Below, in pieces: positions 8,811 through 15,185 of a DNA stretch of 64,000 bases. Under the pieces are notes generated by a model. The model was not told the DNA's origin. It saw only the letters and a program-made list of their open reading frames with translations, and did not search any database. The translations under genes were made by a program, and so were the position numbers. The stretch lies in contig JAZDHZ010000033.1 in NCBI GenBank assembly GCA_043805415.1, forward strand, positions 89,600 to 153,599, in the 5' to 3' direction. Every line of letters begins with the position of its first letter. The stretch's first letter is position 1. The DNA comes from Candidatus Omnitrophota bacterium. GTDB taxonomy: Bacteria > Omnitrophota > Gorgyraeia > B26-G9.

Positions 8811-9224
8811 ATGAATAGAAAAGGTTTTACACTTGTTGAACTTTTGATGGTAGTTATCATCATTGGTATATTGGTAACGTTGGCTGTTCCAAGTTATTAT
8901 AAGTCAATTGAAAGAGCAAAAGGCGGTAAAGCAAAATCATCTTTACGTACTATCACTAATGCTCAAATACAGTATAGAGCGCTTAATGATACATATGTTA
9001 ATGGTGCTGATTTAACTTTATTAGCTGATGTTGATTTGCCTGCGGAATTACAGGATGGAGCTACTGGAGATGGAGATTGGACATATGCATGTACTTCTAC
9101 TGATATCACTGCGGATGTTCTTACTACAGCTACAAGAAATCTTGGGCCTTATGCTGGTGATACTGTAACAATGGATCAAGATGGCTTCTATATTAATGTT
9201 GATGCCCATCAAGAATGGAACTAA
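8811..9224 (+). CDS. type IV pilin-like protein (prepilin-type N-terminal cleavage/methylation domain)
   Basis: MNRKGFTLVELLMVVIIIGILVTLAVPSYY is a class III signal peptide (G/FTLVE). I moved the start from the listed 8715 to the ATG at 8811 because of the GGAGGA Shine-Dalgarno and the promoter at 8757. Paralog of the pilin at 31225. Confidence 0.8.
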   Translation: MNRKGFTLVELLMVVIIIGILVTLAVPSYYKSIERAKGGKAKSSLRTITNAQIQYRALNDTYVNGADLTLLADVDLPAELQDGATGDGDWTYACTSTDITADVLTTATRNLGPYAGDTVTMDQDGFYINVDAHQEWN

Positions 9225-9265
9225 GAATTATCTAGTATGACAGAGAAAGTTATTTAAAGATGATG

Positions 9266-9319
9266 CCACTGATTTATTCGTTTAAAGATTTATTAAATGA
9301 ATAAATCAGTGGTTTTTTT
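9266..9319 (+). terminator. intrinsic terminator after the orphan pilin
   Basis: Perfect 14-bp stem CCACTGATTTATTC / GAATAAATCAGTGG followed by TTTTTTT. Confidence 0.8.
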
Positions 9320-9380
9320 AAACTTATCGAAAGTGTTTGTTTAGTTAGGGGTTTAACGAATTAATTGAGGAGGCGAAATA

Positions 9381-10487
9381 ATGCGGATAATTGCGGTAGC
9401 TAATCAAAAAGGCGGTTGCGGTAAAACAACGACATCAATTAATTTATCTGCTTGTTTAGCCGCGCTTAAAAAAAATGTTTTGTTAATAGACTTAGATCCA
9501 CAGGGACACGCGAGTTTGGGGTTAAATATCCAGCCGCAGGATTTATCAAAAACCATATATAATGTATTGACCACAGATAGCGAAGCCAAATTCCGGCTTG
9601 ATGAAGTTATTATCCCTATATCTGAAAATCTTGATCTGGCTCCGGCAAATATTTTGTTATCCGCGATTGAGCAGGAACTGTCTGGAAAACCAGAAAGAGA
9701 AGCAAAATTATTTCAAGCAATATCTTTAATGGTAAGTAAAAAAACATATGATTATGTAATTATTGATTGCTCTCCAAGTTTGGGTCTTTTGACTTTTAAT
9801 GGATTGCGTGCTGCTACTGAACTGATTGCTCCGGTGGACACTGGATTTTTCTCTTTGCATGGCATAAGCCGTTTACTGGAAACTGTCAATCTTATTGATA
9901 AACGCTTGAATTGTCAGATAAAAGTAAAAGCATTGATCACAATGTTTGATTCCAGAACTAAATTTTCCCATGAAGTAAAAGACGAAATTTATAAATATTT
10001 TTCAGGCAATGTTTTTGAAACAGTAATTCATAATAATGTTAGAGTAAAAGAATCTTCAAGCTATGGGGTACCTGTCGCGGCTTATGATAAGCGCTGCCGA
10101 GGGGCACAAGATTACAGCGCATTAGCCAATGAAGTTGAATCTCCGATGAGCAAGGAAAAAGCTAAAGATAAAACCAGCAGCGCTTCTGAGAAAATAACAT
10201 CTTTTATTCAGGAAGTACAGCAGGTCAAAAAAGGCACAGTAGTTACTTTTAATTCTCTGGACGCGAAAAATGTTGAAATTGCCGGTGATTTTAATAACTG
10301 GGTTAGTTCGGTTGATACTAAACTTGAACGGATTGATAATGGTGTATGGGCTAAAGTGATTCATCTTAAACCCGGTGCTTATAAATATAAATTTGTTGTT
10401 GATGGACAATGGATAACTGATCCCAATAATCCTAAGCTGGAAATTGACGAAGTAGGTAATAAAAATTCGATTTTAGAAGTTAAATAA
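9381..10487 (+). CDS. ParA/Soj-family ATPase fused to a C-terminal AMPK-beta-type glycogen-binding (CBM48) domain
   Basis: Deviant Walker A NQKGGCGKTT, A' LLIDLDPQG, Walker B YVIIDCSPS. The C-terminal ~85 aa are VVTFNSLDAKNVEIAGDFNNW...LKPGAYKYKFVVDGQWITDPNNP...GNKNSILEV. This aligns by eye with the rat AMPK beta1 CBM (VYLSGSFNNW...EGEHQYKFFVDGQWTHDP...NNIIQV). GAGGAGG Shine-Dalgarno. Confidence 0.8.
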   Translation: MRIIAVANQKGGCGKTTTSINLSACLAALKKNVLLIDLDPQGHASLGLNIQPQDLSKTIYNVLTTDSEAKFRLDEVIIPISENLDLAPANILLSAIEQELSGKPEREAKLFQAISLMVSKKTYDYVIIDCSPSLGLLTFNGLRAATELIAPVDTGFFSLHGISRLLETVNLIDKRLNCQIKVKALITMFDSRTKFSHEVKDEIYKYFSGNVFETVIHNNVRVKESSSYGVPVAAYDKRCRGAQDYSALANEVESPMSKEKAKDKTSSASEKITSFIQEVQQVKKGTVVTFNSLDAKNVEIAGDFNNWVSSVDTKLERIDNGVWAKVIHLKPGAYKYKFVVDGQWITDPNNPKLEIDEVGNKNSILEVK

Positions 10488-10507
10488 AAAAACTAGGATT
10501 ATGGTTT

Positions 10508-11425
10508 ATGAATAAATTAAAGAAGTTGGGTAAGGGATTAGAAGACATTTCCTATTTGTTTCTTTCTCCGGAGCAAGAAGATACTATTCAAGAAGAGTCC
10601 ATGGCTGAAAAAAAGAAAATTTTAACTGAAACTATTGAGATTACGACAAAAAACATTTGTTTAATCGGCAATAGCCATGATTCGCGAGATGCTTTTTTAG
10701 TGATTAATTTATCATTAGCTTTGGCTAGACTGGGGATGCGTATCGCGGTAGTTGATATGGATGAGAAGCTTCCTTGTCTAAATTTTTTATTAGGAAAAAG
10801 CGCTAACAATGGATCGCAAAATAATGATCAGGAAATTGTTCGCCAAGGGCCTTTTGGCGTAAAGCTGGCAGGGCTAAATGAGTCTCTGCTTGAAAATATG
10901 TTGGTTGATTCTGTTGCTAGAAAAACAATTATGCTGGAACTGAAAAAAATGGAAGAAGAAGTTGATCTTGTGCTGATTAGTGTATCACAAGATAGCCTTT
11001 ATTATATGAATCCATTGCTTAGAAAATCAATAGAAGAATTTCTAGTTTTTGTTTCTCCGGATAAAAACTCAATGCTTAATTCTTATAAAGTTGTAAAAAC
11101 CATTTTTTCTAATAACCCGGTTGCTAAAATTGGTACGATTATAACTGATATTGAACACATGTATGAAATTGACGCGGTGTTTAATAAAATGTTTTCCGCG
11201 GTAAAGAAATTTCTGGTTAAAGAGCTGTATAAATATGGATTTCTTTTTAAACTAAAACAGGAAATTAATAACAACGCGAATATCGCTTCTTTTTATGACG
11301 CGGATTTGACGGCTTGCATCTCAAATATCGCGCAGATTATTATATTGCGCTTGAACCTTGCGGAAAATGTTAAATCAAGCGGGGAATTATTTAAAAATGT
11401 TTTTAATGAGTTTGGGATAAATTGA
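10508..11425 (+). CDS. MinD/ParA-fold pseudo-ATPase with ParB-N-terminus-like peptide
   Basis: The region ICLIGNSHDSRDAFLVINLSLALARLGMRIAVVDMDEKLPCLNFLLG aligns with the MinD segment SGKGGVGKTT...[16 protein letters not shown]. The P-loop is replaced by GNSHDSRD, with no lysines. The N-terminus is MNKLKKLGKGLEDISYLFLS. Confidence 0.55.
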   Translation: MNKLKKLGKGLEDISYLFLSPEQEDTIQEESMAEKKKILTETIEITTKNICLIGNSHDSRDAFLVINLSLALARLGMRIAVVDMDEKLPCLNFLLGKSANNGSQNNDQEIVRQGPFGVKLAGLNESLLENMLVDSVARKTIMLELKKMEEEVDLVLISVSQDSLYYMNPLLRKSIEEFLVFVSPDKNSMLNSYKVVKTIFSNNPVAKIGTIITDIEHMYEIDAVFNKMFSAVKKFLVKELYKYGFLFKLKQEINNNANIASFYDADLTACISNIAQIIILRLNLAENVKSSGELFKNVFNEFGIN

Positions 11426-11432
11426 GGCTGTT

Positions 11433-12128
11433 ATGACAACGATATTTCACAACGCGCAAATTAATAAAGAAAAACTCAGACAGATTATTTTAAAAAATCC
11501 GCAATCTCTGCTCGCGGGATTAAGTTTTATTGATTTAGAGATGGCTACGGATGAGTCTGGAGTCATTGATTTCTTAGGAGTGGATATAACTGGGCGCATG
11601 GTGGTTGTGAATTTTGATACCCAGGCTAATGACCAGATGCTCATAGAAATATTGTCTCAAATTCAATGGCTCAAAAAAAATGAAGGATTAATCAAAAGGT
11701 TATTTTTTAGTGAGAGCGTGGATTTTGAACAAGCGCCTCAAATGCTTTTGGTTTGTCCTGTTTTTTCCAATAAAATCCAATCAGCGGTAAAACAATTGAC
11801 GGATAAAGATATAAAACTTTTAAAATTTAAATATATTGTCTCAAACGCTGATGACGCGATAATCTTTGACGAGGTATTTTCCAGTATAAATTCAGCCTCC
11901 GCGCCAGCTTTAAAAACTCAACTATCAACTGACCGGGAAAGTATAATGGTTGATCGCGCTGCTTTAACCAAGCACGCGCCGCTAATTAAAAAGACGGTAT
12001 CAGAAATAAGTGAAGACGCGAAAAAAGAACAATCTCCCCTATATGATGTGATTACTCTTACGCCGGAAGAGATTACGGAATTCATGGATTTTAATATAGC
12101 CTTGGCACAGAGCCAAGCAGCTGATTAA
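11433..12128 (+). CDS. hypothetical protein, N-terminal NucS/DUF91-like (PD-(D/E)xK-fold-like) region with degenerate active site
   Basis: SGVIDFLGVDITGRMVVVNFDT resembles the G-x-I-D-L-L-x-x-D-x-x-G-x-x-V-V-V-E-x-K core of NucS-type nucleases. Here the E-x-K reads N-F-D. Acidic C-terminus. The start lies 8 nt after the previous gene, with a GAGG Shine-Dalgarno. Confidence 0.3.
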   Translation: MTTIFHNAQINKEKLRQIILKNPQSLLAGLSFIDLEMATDESGVIDFLGVDITGRMVVVNFDTQANDQMLIEILSQIQWLKKNEGLIKRLFFSESVDFEQAPQMLLVCPVFSNKIQSAVKQLTDKDIKLLKFKYIVSNADDAIIFDEVFSSINSASAPALKTQLSTDRESIMVDRAALTKHAPLIKKTVSEISEDAKKEQSPLYDVITLTPEEITEFMDFNIALAQSQAAD

Positions 12129-12231
12129 GAATAAAACTCTAACCGATTATATAGCTGATCAAATCCTAAATTAAAACCTGCCTGATAATGATTATTAAAT
12201 TTACTACGCAAGTTCTTAGAGGTGAGAAAAT

Positions 12232-12987
12232 ATGCAAGGTGTAAATAGATCATCATCGATCTATAAAATAAATAATTTACTTCCAAACAATATTATATCC
12301 GCTTTTTCCATAGGGAAATTAAATTATGATTATCGTGCTGGGAATGAAAGTGAAGTTCTAAAAAATAGAAAAGATTTTTTTTATCAAGCAGGACTTGCGC
12401 TTGATACTGCTGTTTTTCCCCAACAAGTTCATAAAGCAAACATTCTAAAGGTTGAGCAAAAAGACAAAGGACGTGGCGCGTTTTCTTTCGCGCAGGGCAT
12501 CCCCCAAACAGACGCGTTGATAACTAACGCGAAAGGGATCGCGCTCTGCCTGCTTAGCGCTGATTGTTTGCCGATTATTTTCTATGAAGCAAATGGCAGG
12601 GCAATTGGGATCGCGCATGCCGGATGGCGGGGAATACACGCGGGGATAATTGAAAAAACAATCTTGGCCATGGCCAATGAATTCGCGATTAATCGCGAAG
12701 ATATTAAAGCGTTTTTTGGCCCGGCGATAGGGAGCTGCTGCTATGAAGTTGGCCCTGAGTTTTTAGATATTTTTCCTGAGAATATTAGCGCGCGAAATAA
12801 TAAAACATACCTGGATATTAAAAGCTTAGCTCGGATAAAATGTCTTAGTTCTGGGATTTTTCAGGATTCAATAAATGACGTATCTATTTGTACCAAATGC
12901 AGTAATGACACATTTTTCTCTTATAGATCCGGAGATAATCTCAATCGCCTAATCAGTATTGTGGCTATTGGTGAGCAATGCGGATAG
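12232..12987 (+). CDS. pgeF: YfiH/PgeF-family (DUF152, laccase-domain) protein
   Basis: Family motifs QVHKANI, LSADCLPIIF, GIAHAGWRG and C-terminal CTKC...FFSYR; 251 aa. Confidence 0.8.
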   Translation: MQGVNRSSSIYKINNLLPNNIISAFSIGKLNYDYRAGNESEVLKNRKDFFYQAGLALDTAVFPQQVHKANILKVEQKDKGRGAFSFAQGIPQTDALITNAKGIALCLLSADCLPIIFYEANGRAIGIAHAGWRGIHAGIIEKTILAMANEFAINREDIKAFFGPAIGSCCYEVGPEFLDIFPENISARNNKTYLDIKSLARIKCLSSGIFQDSINDVSICTKCSNDTFFSYRSGDNLNRLISIVAIGEQCG

Positions 12988-13038
12988 ATAGCAATTTCCG
13001 GCTTAGGGAGCTATTTTTTATTTTGACTAATTATCTGC

Positions 13039-13067
13039 TTGACATTTATATGTATCTGTAGTAATTT
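13039..13067 (+). promoter_or_regulatory. sigma70-type promoter of the K/A-repeat DUF4912-like gene
   Basis: TTGACA (13039-13044), 17-nt spacer, TAATTT (13062-13067). These are the same hexamers as the promoter at 3458. Confidence 0.5.
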
Positions 13068-13113
13068 CTTTAAATAGATAATATCTTTTAAATTAACTAA
13101 AAAATTGAAAAAT

Positions 13114-14988
13114 ATGACAAAAAAAATAAGTTTCAAAAAACAAGCAAAAGCTAAAAATACTGTTGCGAAGAAAATTAAAACAGTAGAAAAAAAAGCTTTA
13201 AAAATCAAGGTTGTGAAAACTGCGAAGCCTGCGCGCAAAAAATTAGGTAAGGGCTTGGAAGATATCTCAACCTTGTTTTTGTCTGATATTAAAAAAGACG
13301 CGGTAATTGCTAAGAAAAAAACAATAAAATCCGCGGCTAAAAAAAGTGTAATGCCAAAGGTTAAAAAAGTAAAAAGCGCAAGTGTTAAGACATTAGGCAT
13401 TGCTATAAAAAAATCTCCTAAAAAAATCATTGCAAAGGTTGCTAAAAAACCAGCGGCAGCAAAGGAAATCGTTGCTAAGACTATTGCAAAGGTTGAAACA
13501 AAACCAGCAGTATTAAAGGAAATCGTTGCGCATAAGACTATTGCAAAGGTTGAAACAAAACCAGTGGCAGCAAAGGAAATCGTTGCGCATAAGACCATTG
13601 CAAAGGTTGAAACAAAACCAGCAGTATTAAAGGAAATCGTTGCGAATAAAACTATTGCCAAGGTTGAAAAAAAGGCAACTGCAGTAAATGATAATGTTCC
13701 TAAAAAAACTGTTGCTAAACTTGCTAAAAAAATAGCTGTAGTAAAGGAAAGTATCCCGGAAAAAGTAATCGCGCGTGTTGATGCGAAATTAGACGCGGCA
13801 AAGGATAAAAATCCTGAGAAAACTATGGCTTTAACTGATAAAAAAACTGTAAAAGAGACAACAGGTAAAACACTTGAAAAAATTGCAGTAAAACAAGAAG
13901 AAGCAAAACAAGCAACTTCCAAACCAATTATGAAAATAACAGAGGTGGTAGGGATGGGAACGTTAAAAAAGTCTTCGAAAGCGGTTAAAAAACCAAAGCA
14001 GGATAAACCAGCAGAAAAAAAGAGTACTAAAACAAAAGAGAATAAAAAAACACAAACCTTAGGCCCAATCAGTGATCTGAAGACTTTGTTTAAGAAGAGA
14101 AAAACAGCCGGATTAACTGTTGAGCCGCAGAATATTCAAACAGAGCAAGTTATTGAGGATAGCAAATTTTTTGTTAGTAAGGAAACTGTAAGTCGGATCG
14201 CGGAAGATGAATTTTGTGATTTGCCTGAAGGCTACGGTGATAATAGAATTGTTATTCAGGTTAGGGATCCGTATTGGTTATTTGCTTATTGGGAAGTTTC
14301 TCAGAGAAAATTAAGTTCAGTTGTGGAGAAATATGGTAGTGCTATCCATAACGCAAAAAGAGTACTACGGGTTCATGATATTACATCGGTTGCATTCAAT
14401 GGAAAGAATTCAAACAGTTTTTTTGATATAGCGATTAATGATGTTGCCAAGAACTGGTATGTAAATGTCGGCAATCCTGGGAGAAGTTATTGTATTGATC
14501 TGGGGCTTGTCTTAGCTGATGGGCGTTTTGTCGTGTTTGCTCGTTCAAATTTTGTGACAACTCCGATTGATGGCCCAAGTCTAATAACTGATGAAGAGTG
14601 GATGATTGTTGAAGATGATTTTAACAAGCTTTATGGATTATCTGCTGGATTGGGGATTGGCCTGAGTTCCGGAGAGTTGAGAAGACAAATAAAAACAAAG
14701 ATGAAGAATTTATCATCAGGGATATTGAGTTCACCTGGGGTGACAACAGTGTCTCCGCGTCGTAATTTTTGGATGGTTGTCAATACTGAGCTAATAGTTT
14801 ATGGAGCAACTCAACCAGGTTCTGAACTTACAGTGCAGGGAAAACCGATTAAATTAAATGAAGATGGAACATTTAGTCTTCGTTTTGCCTTGCCTGATGG
14901 AGAGCAGGTCATTCCGGTTCGGGCGGTTTCTCCGGATAAGGTTGAAGAACGGGTAATTACTCCTGTGGTCAAAAAAAACACGGTGTAA
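13114..14988 (+). CDS. Lys/Ala-rich histone-H1-like repeat protein with ParB-like peptide and C-terminal DUF4912-like domain
   Basis: I prefer the ATG at 13114 over the listed TTG at 13105. Residues ~45-60 of the listed ORF are KKLGKGLEDISTLFLS. A K/A/V/P-rich region of ~300 aa follows, with four 18-19-aa tandem repeats. The C-terminal ~250 aa (RIVIQVRDPYWLFAYWEVS ... FWMVVNTELIVYGATQPGSELTVQGKPIKLNEDGTFSLRFALPDG) match my recollection of DUF4912. Confidence 0.65.
   Translation: MTKKISFKKQAKAKNTVAKKIKTVEKKALKIKVVKTAKPARKKLGKGLEDISTLFLSDIKKDAVIAKKKTIKSAAKKSVMPKVKKVKSASVKTLGIAIKKSPKKIIAKVAKKPAAAKEIVAKTIAKVETKPAVLKEIVAHKTIAKVETKPVAAKEIVAHKTIAKVETKPAVLKEIVANKTIAKVEKKATAVNDNVPKKTVAKLAKKIAVVKESIPEKVIARVDAKLDAAKDKNPEKTMALTDKKTVKETTGKTLEKIAVKQEEAKQATSKPIMKITEVVGMGTLKKSSKAVKKPKQDKPAEKKSTKTKENKKTQTLGPISDLKTLFKKRKTAGLTVEPQNIQTEQVIEDSKFFVSKETVSRIAEDEFCDLPEGYGDNRIVIQVRDPYWLFAYWEVSQRKLSSVVEKYGSAIHNAKRVLRVHDITSVAFNGKNSNSFFDIAINDVAKNWYVNVGNPGRSYCIDLGLVLADGRFVVFARSNFVTTPIDGPSLITDEEWMIVEDDFNKLYGLSAGLGIGLSSGELRRQIKTKMKNLSSGILSSPGVTTVSPRRNFWMVVNTELIVYGATQPGSELTVQGKPIKLNEDGTFSLRFALPDGEQVIPVRAVSPDKVEERVITPVVKKNTV
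13447..13671 (+). repeat. in-frame tandem repeat, 54+57+57+57 nt, inside the K/A-rich CDS
   Basis: Units encode KPAAAKEIVAKTIAKVET / KPAVLKEIVAHKTIAKVET / KPVAAKEIVAHKTIAKVET / KPAVLKEIVANKTIAKVEK. The nucleotide copies are near identical. Confidence 0.9.
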
Positions 14989-15020
14989 GTGCTGGAATCC
15001 TTTAACATGCTTTTTAATCG

Positions 15021-15058
15021 CGCCGGAATGAGTATTAACATTCCGGCGTTTTATTTTT
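15021..15058 (+). terminator. intrinsic terminator after the DUF4912-like gene
   Basis: Perfect 10-bp stem CGCCGGAATG / CATTCCGGCG, 8-nt loop, then TTTTATTTTT. Confidence 0.8.
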
Positions 15059-15073
15059 AGCAGTCAAAATCGC

Positions 15074-15102
15074 TTGAATTCTTCAGAGTACTATGCTAGT
15101 AT
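15074..15102 (+). promoter_or_regulatory. possible sigma70 promoter of the GH57 gene
   Basis: TTGAAT (15074-15079), 17-nt spacer, TAGTAT (15097-15102). Confidence 0.3.
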
Positions 15103-15185
15103 AAGAATGTTATTTTAAATTAATTATAAACCTTAAATCTTAAAGGTTTTCCGCAAAAAAGCCACTGGGTATTATAGGGGAAAAT

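Noticed and set aside
8504-8863. 119-aa minus-strand ORF overlapping the pilin 5' end
   Set aside because: It overlaps the pilin start, promoter and an intrinsic terminator. It has no Shine-Dalgarno and its composition is typical of AT-rich non-coding sequence.
13447-13671. Regular ~57-nt repeats that might be mistaken for a CRISPR array
   Set aside because: The units are contiguous with no spacers, in-frame and inside a long ORF. No cas genes or leader are present.
13011-13922. 303-aa ORF on the minus strand opposite the K/A-repeat gene
   Set aside because: It is a low-complexity hydrophobic translation (poly A/F/L/V/T/S), the mirror image of the AAG/GCA/GTT-rich sense strand. It has no Shine-Dalgarno, and the + strand gene has a promoter, conserved domains and a terminator.
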